The translations under genes and the position numbers were made by a program. A stretch of 64,000 nucleotides of DNA from an uncultured Chloroflexia bacterium (GTDB lineage: Bacteria; Chloroflexota; Anaerolineae; Anaerolineales; UBA4823). The stretch covers positions 581,426 through 645,425 of the forward strand of contig CAVZGO010000003.1 of assembly GCA_963774935.1 (NCBI GenBank), in the 5' to 3' direction. Shown here piece after piece: positions 1 to 9,713 of the stretch (positions are counted from its first letter, which is position 1; every line of letters starts with the position of its first letter). Below the pieces are notes generated by a model that worked only from the letters and a program-made list of their open reading frames with translations, was not told the origin of the DNA and did not search any database.

Positions 1-1
1 G

Positions 2-656
2 CTCTACCGGCGGAACCTCCACAAACCCGTCGCCACAGTGATCACTCAGGTGCTGGTGGACAAGGATGATCCTGCTTTTCGCAATCCCACCAAGCCGATT
101 GGCAGCTTCATGGATCAGGGAGAAGCAAAGCGGCGCGCTGAACGATTTAGGCTGGTCGGTCGTTGAGGATGCTGGAAGAGGATGGCGAAGGGTTGTAGCT
201 TCTCCATTACCAAAAGAAGTCGTCGAGCTGGAGACTGTCAACACGCTGATTAACGCTGGTGTTGTCGTGATCACGGTGGGCGGCGGTGGTATTCCGGTCA
301 TCGACGCCGGCGATGGCGCTTACAAAGGCGTCGCCGCTGTAATCGATAAGGACTACGCCAGCAGCTTGCTTGCGCAAAAGATCAACGCTGACCTCTTCTT
401 AATTTCCACAGCAGTTGAGAAGGTTGCGATCAACTTCGGTAAGCCAGACCAAAAATGGCTGGACCGTATGACGGTGTCTGAAGCCAAGGCATACCTGGCT
501 GAAGGCACTCACTTTGCCAAAGGCTCTATGGCACCCAAGATTCAGGCAATCCTGTGGTTCCTCGAAACCGGCGGTAAGGCTGCGATCATTACAAATCCCG
601 AGAATATCGGTAAAGCGCTACGCGGAGAAACTGGCACCTGGATCGTACCAGATTAG
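2..656 (+). pseudogene. arcC: Carbamate kinase, 3' portion (5' end outside window), reading frame interrupted
   Basis: Frame 2 (2..166) reads ...[35 protein letters not shown] and then stops at 164..166. Frame 3 (ORF 66..656) continues ...[23 protein letters not shown]...GGGGIPV...DKDYAS. This is the typical carbamate kinase pattern. The frame switches between about 128 and 150. Confidence 0.8.
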
Positions 657-670
657 GAGCGTAACAAGTG

Positions 671-709
671 GAGGGACTGCCGGGATATGACAGTCCCTCT
701 TTTATTCTT
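671..709 (+). terminator. Rho-independent terminator after carbamate kinase
   Basis: Perfect 9-bp stem gagggactg (671..679) / cagtccctc (691..699) with an 11-nt loop, followed by ttttattctt. Confidence 0.7.
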
Positions 710-830
710 GAAAAATTTTACAATTAAGAGCGCATATTTACAGTAAAATTCACTAAGTAATCGAGAGTTGGCACGCGGATTCATAACACGATCATCCGGG
801 AAAAATTTATCACCGGAATAGGAGAGGACA

Positions 831-1982
831 ATGCCGCAACACCAATCGACCAGTGTACGCCGCTTCAAGAGTGGCTACTGGATCGGCCCACTCATACCAT
901 TCCTGGCGACCCTGGCGGCATTTTTCGTGGGTGGGATTATGCTTCTATTATTAGGGGTAAATCCAATAGAAGCTTACAGCGCAATGATCACCGGCGCCAT
1001 CGGCAGTCCAAACGCACTTGCAGATACCATCGTCAAAGCCACACCGCTAATGCTCGTCGGTGTAGGCATTTGCGTAGCATTCCGTGGTGGAATGATTAAT
1101 ATTGGTGGTGAAGGCCAGATGATCCTGGGTGGACTGGCAGCAACTGGAGCCGCATTAGCATTCCCCGATTGGCCTGCCTGGGCTATTATTACATTTGCAT
1201 TGATCCTGGGATTTTTAGCAGGTGCATTTTGGGGGTTCATTCCTGGAGCGCTAAAAGCCTACATGAACGTAAATGAAATCCTCACCACAATCATGTTAAA
1301 CGCCATTGCAGTGCAAATGATGAACTTCCTATTGAGTGGTCCTTTGATGGACCCATTACAAATAACCCAGGGTTCGTTTATTCCACAGACTGCTCGATTT
1401 TCAGCCGCTGCGGATCTGCCACGCCTTGTACCCACCCGTTTGCACGCCGGGATCATACTGGCGATCCTGGTCGCCATCCTGGTTTGGGTGCTGCTCTGGC
1501 GCACAACAATAGGATTCAGAATCCGTGCTGTTGGTTTGAGCCAGCCAGCCTCTCGCCGGGCAGGAATACGCGTCAGCCGCTATGCCATGCTTGCTTTGGT
1601 CATCAGCGGCGCTCTGGCAGGTCTTGCAGGCGCAGTGCAGGTTTTGGGGGTGAATCATCGCATGTTTACCGATGGCTCTGCTACCGGCTTTACCGGTGGG
1701 GCGGGATTTAATGGAATCGTCGCAGCTTTATTTGGTCAGCTCCATCCCATTGGCACGATCCCGGCGTCAATATTTTTCGGAGCAATGATTGTAGGTGCCA
1801 ACCAGATGCAGCGGGCAGTGCAGGTACCTTCAGCGTTAATCACTGTCCTTAACGGTTTGCTGGTAATTTTTGTGGTCAGCTCTGAAATCTTCCGAAAACG
1901 ACTGGCGCGTCGGCGTGAGATGTTTGAAATGGAGCAACAAGCCACTTCACCTCCAACCGGTGCAGAACTAGAGACCCAATGA
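831..1982 (+). CDS. ABC transporter permease (BMP/nucleoside-sugar type, transporter 1)
   Basis: 383-aa polytopic ORF with GGAGAGG 6 nt upstream of the ATG. Resembles simple-sugar/nucleoside ABC permeases (GGMINIGGEGQM motif). Overlaps the next permease by 4 nt. Confidence 0.85.
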   Translation: MPQHQSTSVRRFKSGYWIGPLIPFLATLAAFFVGGIMLLLLGVNPIEAYSAMITGAIGSPNALADTIVKATPLMLVGVGICVAFRGGMINIGGEGQMILGGLAATGAALAFPDWPAWAIITFALILGFLAGAFWGFIPGALKAYMNVNEILTTIMLNAIAVQMMNFLLSGPLMDPLQITQGSFIPQTARFSAAADLPRLVPTRLHAGIILAILVAILVWVLLWRTTIGFRIRAVGLSQPASRRAGIRVSRYAMLALVISGALAGLAGAVQVLGVNHRMFTDGSATGFTGGAGFNGIVAALFGQLHPIGTIPASIFFGAMIVGANQMQRAVQVPSALITVLNGLLVIFVVSSEIFRKRLARRREMFEMEQQATSPPTGAELETQ

Positions 1983-2914
1983 ACGAAGATCTGGCGACTA
2001 CAGCAATTATTATCGGAATCCTGACCTCAGGGATCAGGCTTGCCACGCCTTATTTATATGCTTCCATTGGCGAGATGATCGGACAGCTCAGCGGCGTGCT
2101 CAACCTGGGGGTAGACGGAATTATGCTGATGGGAGCGTTCTCAGGTTTTTATATCACCTACCAGACTGGCAACCCATGGCTCGGATTGCTTGCGGCTATC
2201 CTGGTTGGTGGTGCGATGGGTCTGGCGATGGCAGTGATTAGCGTCACACTTAAAGCCGAGCAAGGCATCAGCGGGATCGGTCTTTATCTGTTTGGTTTAG
2301 GTCTGAGTGATCTGTTGTTCCAGCTTATGATCGGAAGTGTCAAAACCGTCAGCGGCTTTCAGCCAATACATATCCCGTTTCTCTCAGAAATACCGATCAT
2401 CGGAGAAATTTTCTTCAACCACAACCTGATGGTATACGGTGCATACCTGCTTGTACCGATTAGCTGGTTTATGATTAATAAAACCACGTGGGGGTTAAAA
2501 ATTAAATCTGTCGGCCAAAACCCGGCTGCTGCAGATGCCATGGGTGTCAGTGTCAACAAGGTGCGTTATGCAGCCGTTATCATTGGCGGCATATTGGCAG
2601 GAGTTGCCGGAGCATCCCTCTCGATTGCTTTATTGAATGTATTTCAACAAAACCTGACCTATGGGATGGGTTTTATTGCCGTTGCGCTTGTGTATTTTGG
2701 GGGATGGAACCCTAGAGGCATACTGTTGGGTTCACTATTATTCAGCACCGTAAATGCTATTCAACTGTGGATCCAGGTATTGGGGATTCCCATCCCATCC
2801 GATTTTGCTACCATGCTGCCGTATGTCCTGACCATACTTGCCTTAGTGTTTGCGGTTCGAAAAGTGAACCAACCGGCGGCGCTTTCTAAGTCTTTTGAAC
2901 GAGGGGAAGGTTGA
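1979..2914 (+). CDS. ABC transporter permease (second permease of transporter 1)
   Basis: 311-aa polytopic ORF with an ATGA overlap onto the upstream permease. Paralogous to 9714..10734 (shared IPIIGE/IPIIGP, GGWNP motifs). Confidence 0.85.
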   Translation: MNEDLATTAIIIGILTSGIRLATPYLYASIGEMIGQLSGVLNLGVDGIMLMGAFSGFYITYQTGNPWLGLLAAILVGGAMGLAMAVISVTLKAEQGISGIGLYLFGLGLSDLLFQLMIGSVKTVSGFQPIHIPFLSEIPIIGEIFFNHNLMVYGAYLLVPISWFMINKTTWGLKIKSVGQNPAAADAMGVSVNKVRYAAVIIGGILAGVAGASLSIALLNVFQQNLTYGMGFIAVALVYFGGWNPRGILLGSLLFSTVNAIQLWIQVLGIPIPSDFATMLPYVLTILALVFAVRKVNQPAALSKSFERGEG

Positions 2915-3019
2915 TATTTGGGAAAGGAGGATAATCGTTCAGGAGAAGTTAAATTGTAAGACGATGTTGATAAGTTTGGATATGATTAACACAAATATTG
3001 ATTACTGAGGAGATGAACG

Positions 3020-4060
3020 ATGAAGAAAATTCAATTTGTACTTGCTGGCTTACTCATCCTGGCGATGCTGCTCAGCGCATGCACCCAGACTGCAACCCCT
3101 ACCGAAGAAGCAGCAGAGGCGCAGCCGGTAGAGACTCAAGCACCTGCCGAGCCTTTTAAAGTTGCAGTGATCATGCCCAGCAAGATCAATGACCTGGCTT
3201 TCAGCCAGAGCATGTATGATGCCTTGATGTCTGTTCAAAACGAAATGGGAGCGGACAACTTCCAATTTGACTATTCGGACAATATGTTTGTCGTCGAAGA
3301 TGCCGCTGCAGCGATCCGAGATTATGCATCGAAAGGTTATAACCTGGTCATTGCCCACGGCTCACAGTATGGTAGCTCGCTGGTCGAGATCGCCCCTGAC
3401 TTCCCCGAGACCAGCTTTGCCTGGGGTACAACCGTAGATACCTTTGTAGATAAAGGCGTAAATAATGTCTTTGCCTATGAAGCGCGCTCCGAACAAGGCG
3501 GATATGTCAACGGTGTTGTGGCAGCCATGCTCTCAACAAGTGGAGTTCTTGGTGTCATAGGTCCTATCGAGACGGGTGATGCCAAGCTGTATGTTGACGG
3601 CTTCAAGGCTGGTGTTGCAGCAACAAAGCCCGAGGCTCAGGTCAATGTCAATTACATTGGCTCGTTCAGTGATGTCGCCCTGGCTTCTGAGGCAGCTCAG
3701 ACGCATATTAACGCCGGCGCGGATGTACTGACGGGTACTGCGCAGATGGTGGTTGGGGCTGTGGGTGTGGCTAAGGACAAGAATGTGCTGTGGTTTGGCA
3801 CCCAGTCGAATCAGACATCTCTTGCACCCACTATCGTCGTTGCCAGCCAGGTATATAAGTGGGATGTTGTGCTTAAGCAAATCATAGACCTGGTAAATGC
3901 TGGTACCCTGGGTGGTCAATCCTTCGCCATTGACCTTGCCAATAACGGCGAGGTCATCGAATTCAACCCGGATTATAAACTGCCTGATGATGTCAAAGCA
4001 AAGGCAGATGAGACTATAAAAGGCATTGCTGACGGTTCGATAACAGTACCATTACCGTAA
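3020..4060 (+). CDS. BMP-family ABC substrate-binding lipoprotein (PnrA/Med-like)
   Basis: 346 aa. Signal peptide plus lipobox LLSAC, an acidic/Pro linker, then a BMP-type periplasmic binding fold (VAVIMPSKINDLAFSQ..., GFKAG). GAGGAG RBS. Confidence 0.85.
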   Translation: MKKIQFVLAGLLILAMLLSACTQTATPTEEAAEAQPVETQAPAEPFKVAVIMPSKINDLAFSQSMYDALMSVQNEMGADNFQFDYSDNMFVVEDAAAAIRDYASKGYNLVIAHGSQYGSSLVEIAPDFPETSFAWGTTVDTFVDKGVNNVFAYEARSEQGGYVNGVVAAMLSTSGVLGVIGPIETGDAKLYVDGFKAGVAATKPEAQVNVNYIGSFSDVALASEAAQTHINAGADVLTGTAQMVVGAVGVAKDKNVLWFGTQSNQTSLAPTIVVASQVYKWDVVLKQIIDLVNAGTLGGQSFAIDLANNGEVIEFNPDYKLPDDVKAKADETIKGIADGSITVPLP

Positions 4061-4075
4061 TCGAATAACTGTCCA

Positions 4076-4107
4076 AGCGGGGGTTTTTCCACTGAAAAAC
4101 CCCCGCT
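4076..4107 (+). promoter_or_regulatory. Intercistronic stem-loop between binding-protein and ATPase genes
   Basis: Perfect 13-bp stem agcgggggttttt (4076..4088) / aaaaacccccgct (4095..4107) with a 6-nt loop and no U-tail. Its position right after the SBP stop suggests an mRNA-stabilising or attenuating hairpin. Confidence 0.6.
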
Positions 4108-4132
4108 CCTACCTCGAATTGGAGTCAGAGCT

Positions 4133-5674
4133 GTGGACCTCAGCCAATCACTGCAGATCACGTCTGTTGAACTGAAAGATATCGTCAAACGCTTTCCAGG
4201 AGTGGTAGCGAACGACCATATCACTTTTCAGGTACGAGCGGGTGAAGTGCATGCTCTGCTGGGTGAAAATGGCGCTGGCAAAACAACCCTCATGCGCATT
4301 CTTTATGGCTTATACCAACCTGAAGAAGGCGAGATCTTGATTGATGATAAGCCAGTAACCATTCATTCTCCCGCCGACTCTATACGCCTTGGACTGGGGA
4401 TGATCCATCAGCATTTCATGCTGGTGCCATCACTTTCTGTGGCAGAAAATGTTGCCCTGGGAATGCCCTCCAGCCGGGGTTTATTGCTCGATTTGAATGT
4501 GGTATCCGAAAAAATTCGCCAGCTCAGCGAAGCCTATAGCCTTAAAGTCGATCCGCAAGCAATGGTTTGGCAGCTATCGGTTGGTGAACAGCAGAGGGTG
4601 GAGATTTTAAAGGCGCTCTATCGCGGCGCAGCATTGCTCATCCTGGACGAACCAACCGCAGTCCTGACTCCGCAAGAAGTATCTGAATTCTTTAATATCC
4701 TTCGCCGCATGGCAAGCGAGGGTCATGCGATTATTTTTATCAGTCATAAGCTTCACGAAGTACTGGCGATCAGCGACAGGGTCACAGTGTTACGCAACGG
4801 GCGAGTGGTAAAGACCCTATCTACAAAAGAAACAGACCGATATGAACTGGCACGATTAATGATTGGGCGAGAAATCTTACTGCGCCTTGACCGTCCAAAG
4901 ATTGAGCTGGGCAAAAATCGTTTGGAAGTCAATGATCTCTGGGTGTCTGGTGATAAAGGGCTGCCCGTATTACGAGGCGCAAATTTGAGTGTTCGCGCCG
5001 GAGAAATTTTAGGGATCGCTGGGGTATCAGGCAATGGACAGCGCGAGCTGGCAGAGACGATCGCCGGATTGCGCAAGCCGACACAAGGAACAATCTCCAT
5101 CGACCAACAGGACGTCACCGGTTGGAAGCCCGACCAGCTCATTACTCACGGTCTTGCCTACATCTCCGAAGAACGCTTCAAGGATGGGGTGGTCAAAGAA
5201 TTAACTGTAGAAGAAAACTTGATGATAGAAGAACATGGAAAATCTCCATATTCAAAAGGAATATTCTTAAACTTCAATCAAATTACAGATCACACGCGCG
5301 ATCTTATTCATAGTTTCGAAATTAAAACCCCTTCGAATAAAACCCCACTACGCAACCTCTCGGGCGGGAATATTCAGAAGTTAATCATGGCGCGCGAGTT
5401 ATCCCGCCGACCAGGGGTGCTGATCGCCTCCCAGCCCACCCGTGGTGTTGATATCGGCAGCACGGAATATATACACCAGCGTTTGCTGTCCCAGCGAGCA
5501 GAAGGTACAGCCACGATCCTGATATCCGAGGATTTAGACGAAATCCGCAATTTATCAGACCGGATCGCAGTGATGTTCGAAGGACAAATCGTTGGAGTGC
5601 TTGACCGGGATGATGCAAGCGTTGAGCAGCTAGGTTTAATGATGACGGGTGCTCACCAGCATAGCCAGGTCTAG
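4133..5674 (+). CDS. ABC transporter ATP-binding protein, duplicated ATPase (transporter 1)
   Basis: 513 aa with a GTG start. Walker A GENGAGKTT, signature LSVGEQQRVEI, Walker B LLILDEPT. Second half: GVSGNGQRE, LSGGNIQK, ASQPTRGVD. Confidence 0.9.
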   Translation: MDLSQSLQITSVELKDIVKRFPGVVANDHITFQVRAGEVHALLGENGAGKTTLMRILYGLYQPEEGEILIDDKPVTIHSPADSIRLGLGMIHQHFMLVPSLSVAENVALGMPSSRGLLLDLNVVSEKIRQLSEAYSLKVDPQAMVWQLSVGEQQRVEILKALYRGAALLILDEPTAVLTPQEVSEFFNILRRMASEGHAIIFISHKLHEVLAISDRVTVLRNGRVVKTLSTKETDRYELARLMIGREILLRLDRPKIELGKNRLEVNDLWVSGDKGLPVLRGANLSVRAGEILGIAGVSGNGQRELAETIAGLRKPTQGTISIDQQDVTGWKPDQLITHGLAYISEERFKDGVVKELTVEENLMIEEHGKSPYSKGIFLNFNQITDHTRDLIHSFEIKTPSNKTPLRNLSGGNIQKLIMARELSRRPGVLIASQPTRGVDIGSTEYIHQRLLSQRAEGTATILISEDLDEIRNLSDRIAVMFEGQIVGVLDRDDASVEQLGLMMTGAHQHSQV

Positions 5675-5819
5675 ACGAAATTAATTGAACAAAGTAAGCT
5701 TGAGAATAACTATGATGGTTTGGCGAAGTGAAAGGAGGTTGATCACCGCTATTAATTTATTTCCCAATCAGAAACTCTATTAACCAAATTTGAAAAAACA
5801 AATAAGGAGAATGTAGAAG

Positions 5820-7094
5820 ATGAGAATCAAAACCTTTTGGCTGATAACCAGTCTCTTGCTGATTTCGACAATGCTCCTGGCTGCTTGTACTCAAGCCACC
5901 CCAACAACAGAGGTAGCCGAACCACCTGCGGCAGAAGAACCTGCTGCAACTGAAGAAGCCGCTGCGCCTGCAGCAGAAGAGCTTATGTTTGGCTTGCTGA
6001 TGGTTGGGCCTTATAACGACCATGGTTGGAGCCAGGCACATTATGAGGCTGGACTGTATGTGGAAGAAAAGCTCCCTGGCGCGAAAATGGTCTATATTGA
6101 CAAGGTCAATTCGGCTGACCGGCCTGGGACAACTGTTGCTCAATTGGCTGAAGAACTACTGGCACAAGGCGCAAAGTTGATTATCTTCAACTCGGACGAT
6201 ATGAAGGATGGCGCTCTTGAATTCGCCAAAAACCATCCGGATGTCACCGTCATTCACGCTTCGGGCGATTCTGCCTGGAAGGATGGGATGAACTTTGCCG
6301 ATCTTCCAAACCTGAGCAATGTGATGGGTCGTATGGAATATGGCAAGATGATGGCTGGTTGTGCAGCAGCATTGACCACCGAAACCGGCAAAATCGGTTA
6401 TCTTGGACCCTTGATCAACGACGAAACTCGCCGCTTAGCCGCATCAGCTTATCTGGGCGCTCGCTATTGCTGGGAAACCTATCTAGGCAAGGACCCGGCT
6501 GAGCTGGCGTTCAAGGTCACCTGGATCGGGTTCTGGTTCAACATTCCCGGTGTTACTTCTGATCCGACTCAGGTTGCTGATGATTTCTTCAACTCTGACT
6601 ATGATGTGGTCATCTCCGGCATCGACACCACCGAAGCCCTCGCTGAAGCAAAGAAACTCAGTGAAGGCGGCAAGGCTGTGCATGCCATTCCTTATGACTT
6701 CGTCGGCGCTTGTGAAGAAGCTGCTGAGGTATGCCTGGGTGTTCCTTACTATAACTGGGGACCAGATTATCTGGCAAATCTAATAGCCTTCAAAGAAGGC
6801 ACATGGACTCCATCCTGGGTGTGGAATAGTCCAGATTGGACAGACATCAACAATCCGGACACTTCTGCCGTCGGTTTTGTGAAAGGTGCCTCCCTTAGTG
6901 AGGATGCCGCTGCCAACCTTGACAAGTTCATCGCCGAACTTGCTGGCGGACTCAATCTCTGGACTGGCGCTCTGAACCTGCAAGATGGCTCAGCTTTCCT
7001 GGCAGACGGTGTGGTAGCAACCGACCAGCAGGTCTGGTATCTGCCGCAGCTCCTTGAGGGAATGGAAGGCCAGAGCGTTCCCAGCACCCCATAA
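5820..7094 (+). CDS. BMP-family ABC substrate-binding lipoprotein (transporter 2)
   Basis: 424 aa. Signal peptide plus lipobox LLAAC, a Glu/Pro/Ala linker, and similarity to BMP/PnrA-type binding proteins. AAGGAG RBS. Confidence 0.8.
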   Translation: MRIKTFWLITSLLLISTMLLAACTQATPTTEVAEPPAAEEPAATEEAAAPAAEELMFGLLMVGPYNDHGWSQAHYEAGLYVEEKLPGAKMVYIDKVNSADRPGTTVAQLAEELLAQGAKLIIFNSDDMKDGALEFAKNHPDVTVIHASGDSAWKDGMNFADLPNLSNVMGRMEYGKMMAGCAAALTTETGKIGYLGPLINDETRRLAASAYLGARYCWETYLGKDPAELAFKVTWIGFWFNIPGVTSDPTQVADDFFNSDYDVVISGIDTTEALAEAKKLSEGGKAVHAIPYDFVGACEEAAEVCLGVPYYNWGPDYLANLIAFKEGTWTPSWVWNSPDWTDINNPDTSAVGFVKGASLSEDAAANLDKFIAELAGGLNLWTGALNLQDGSAFLADGVVATDQQVWYLPQLLEGMEGQSVPSTP

Positions 7095-7111
7095 TCCTGA
7101 TTCCACATGTT

Positions 7112-7135
7112 GGGGGAGGGCGAGAGCCTTCCCCC
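7112..7135 (+). promoter_or_regulatory. Intercistronic stem-loop after second binding-protein gene
   Basis: 10-bp stem gggggagggc (7112..7121) / gccttccccc (7126..7135) with one G-U pair and a GAGA tetraloop, followed by tttat. It ends 12 nt before the ATPase ATG. Confidence 0.5.
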
Positions 7136-7147
7136 TTTATCATCACC

Positions 7148-8611
7148 ATGAAAATTGAGCTTAGAGGCATCACAAAAACCTTCGGACGTGTCGTGGCAAA
7201 TAACGACATCCACCTCACGATTCCTGCCGGGTCAATTCAAGGAATATTGGGAGAGAATGGCGCCGGAAAAAGCACCCTGATGAAGGTTCTCTCAGGGTTT
7301 ATCCTGGCAGATAAAGGACAGATCCTTCTGGATGACCAGCCGGTGAGTATCGCATCCCCTGCAGATGCGATTCGAAACGGGGTTGGAATGCTTCACCAGG
7401 ATCCTTTGGATTTTCCGCCAATGAAAGTGATCGATAATTTCATCAATGGCAGCCAGGGTTCTCTATTTCCTAACCACAGCGCAATCACCAAGGCTTTCAA
7501 TGAGCTGCAAAACCAGTTTGATTTTTCCCTTGATCCAAAGGCATACGTCGATACACTGACCGTTGGCGAGCGACAACAACTGGAGATCTTGCGATTGCTC
7601 TGGCTGGGTGCTCGTGTGCTTATCCTGGATGAGCCCACTACAGGTATCAGCACAATGCAGAAAACCAAGCTCTTCTCTGCCCTGCGCCGGTTGGCAGAGC
7701 AAGGGAAATCCGTTATCTTTGTATCTCATAAACTCGAAGACGTTGAGCAGCTATGCAGCAGGGTGGCTGTACTTCGGCGAGGCCAACTGGTCGGCGAAAC
7801 CGAACCGCCATTTCTGATTTTCGACCTGGTACGGATGATGTTTGGTAAAGAAGTCAGTATGGGCGAGCGCTATGAGGTAGAGCCCGGTGAGCCCGTCCTG
7901 GATTTACACAACCTGGTAGTCGAAGATTATAAAATGCGCATTACCAGCCCAGATTTGCAAATCTGCCAGGGAGAAGTCGTCGGGATTGCCGGAATGGAAG
8001 GCAGCGGGCAGCAATTATTCCTGCGCGCCTGTTCTGGTCTGGTGCGACCGGTCAGCGGCAAAATTAACTTGAATGGAAAAGACCTGACAGGAAGCAATTA
8101 TCACGCCTTCATGCAGCATGGAGTAGCCTATGTCCCAGCCTCCCGCATGGATGAAGGCTTAATTCAAGGGCTATCGCTTTCTGAGCATTTTGTGCTGGCT
8201 GAGAAGCAGGAGCGTGTATTTATCGACTGGAAATCCACCCAGGAATTGGCGAGCAGCCGGATTGAAGAATACAATATTCGCGGCACACCTGCAACCCTGG
8301 TCGAAGACTTGTCCGGCGGTAATCAACAACGTGCTCTTTTAGCCCTGTTACGCATGCCACTTTCCTTGATTTTAATGGAACACCCAACGCGCGGCCTCGA
8401 CGTCGAGTCTTCGATTTACATCTGGAGTAAGCTGAAGGAACGCTGCAAGCAAGGCACCACGATTCTCTTCATTTCAGCCGACTTAGACGAAATATTACAA
8501 TACAGTGATCGTATCCTTGTATTTTTCGCGGGTCGTGTTACTGCTCCGCTCCCAGCTGCCAGCACTACGCTCGATCAGCTAGGCCAATATATCGGCGGTA
8601 AAGGTTTATGA
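7148..8611 (+). CDS. ABC transporter ATP-binding protein, duplicated ATPase (transporter 2)
   Basis: 487 aa. GENGAGKST, LTVGERQQLEI, VLILDEPT. Second half: GMEGSGQQ, LSGGNQQR, MEHPTRGLD. Confidence 0.9.
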   Translation: MKIELRGITKTFGRVVANNDIHLTIPAGSIQGILGENGAGKSTLMKVLSGFILADKGQILLDDQPVSIASPADAIRNGVGMLHQDPLDFPPMKVIDNFINGSQGSLFPNHSAITKAFNELQNQFDFSLDPKAYVDTLTVGERQQLEILRLLWLGARVLILDEPTTGISTMQKTKLFSALRRLAEQGKSVIFVSHKLEDVEQLCSRVAVLRRGQLVGETEPPFLIFDLVRMMFGKEVSMGERYEVEPGEPVLDLHNLVVEDYKMRITSPDLQICQGEVVGIAGMEGSGQQLFLRACSGLVRPVSGKINLNGKDLTGSNYHAFMQHGVAYVPASRMDEGLIQGLSLSEHFVLAEKQERVFIDWKSTQELASSRIEEYNIRGTPATLVEDLSGGNQQRALLALLRMPLSLILMEHPTRGLDVESSIYIWSKLKERCKQGTTILFISADLDEILQYSDRILVFFAGRVTAPLPAASTTLDQLGQYIGGKGL

Positions 8612-8659
8612 AGTCTAATAATATGCTCCGTTCACCGCATCAGCCGGATTGGAGGTGGA

Positions 8660-9703
8660 ATGCATAACGGAAAATCTACCTGGTTAAATATTGGCTTTCA
8701 ACTTGCTGCAGTTGCCGTTGCCATCCTCTTTACGACCATCATCCTTGTGCTCGCCGGAGCCCCACCCTTTAAGGCTTACGTGAATATTATTTTAGGGGCA
8801 TTTGGTTCATTTAAAAAATTCTCGGATGTATTGGTGGCGTTTGTCCCCTTAATGATTGTGACATCAGGTCTATTGGTCACATTTTCAGCGGGCTTGTGGA
8901 ATATCGGTATTGAGGGACAGATCACATTTGGTGCAATTTTTACCACCGGCACGCTGCGCATGCTGCAGGATAGCTCACTTTCTCCGGTATTAATTATCAT
9001 TCTATCTATCCTGGCAGGTATGCTGGGCGGAGCGCTTTGGGCTTCGCTGGCAGGCGCACTAAAAACCTATGGCGGGGTCAATGAGATATTCGGCGGATTG
9101 GGATTGAACTTTGTTGCTACTGCTTTTACATTGTGGCTTATCTTTGGCCCGTGGAAGCGTCCCGGGATCGGCTCGATGAGTGGAACCGAACCATTCCCGG
9201 AGACATTATGGCTGTCCACTCTGCCAGGTCTACGCTTGAGCATCTGGTCCATCATCCTGGCAATCCTTGGAATCGTTTTCGTTTATTTTCTCTTACAAGG
9301 CACATATTTCGGATTACAGCTTAAAGCTGTAGGGAAAAACATGCGCTCTGCTTTTATGCTCGGAATTCCAACCTCCCGCTATATGATGTCAGCATTCTTG
9401 ATTTGTGGCGCTTTCGCCGGATTAGCAGGCAGCATTCAAGTGGTTGCGATATATCATCGTCTAATCCCGTCTATCTCCAGCGGGTATGGCTTTCTAGGTC
9501 TGCTGGTGGCTATGTTGGTGAACTATCAAGCACTTTGGACCATCCCAATCGCTTTGTTCTTTGCTGTTCTAAACATTGGCAGCATTCAATTACCGATCGT
9601 CTTGAAACTGGACTCTGCACTTTCTGGTGTGCTCCAGGGCGCCCTGGTTCTATCTGTAATCATTATGGATGGCATCAGGCAGCGTTTCATCAAGAAGGAA
9701 TAG
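8660..9703 (+). CDS. ABC transporter permease (transporter 2)
   Basis: 347-aa polytopic ORF with GGAGGTGG RBS. Paralogous to 831..1982 (GLWNIGIEGQI motif). Confidence 0.85.
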   Translation: MHNGKSTWLNIGFQLAAVAVAILFTTIILVLAGAPPFKAYVNIILGAFGSFKKFSDVLVAFVPLMIVTSGLLVTFSAGLWNIGIEGQITFGAIFTTGTLRMLQDSSLSPVLIIILSILAGMLGGALWASLAGALKTYGGVNEIFGGLGLNFVATAFTLWLIFGPWKRPGIGSMSGTEPFPETLWLSTLPGLRLSIWSIILAILGIVFVYFLLQGTYFGLQLKAVGKNMRSAFMLGIPTSRYMMSAFLICGAFAGLAGSIQVVAIYHRLIPSISSGYGFLGLLVAMLVNYQALWTIPIALFFAVLNIGSIQLPIVLKLDSALSGVLQGALVLSVIIMDGIRQRFIKKE

Positions 9704-9713
9704 AGGTGACAGC

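Noticed and set aside
657-830. Possible purine riboswitch upstream of the first BMP permease (taatcg...ggcacgcgg...ccggg fragments)
   Set aside because: The P2 5' strand needed to pair with cacgcg is absent, and no P1 helix can be drawn. The similarity is limited to short strings.
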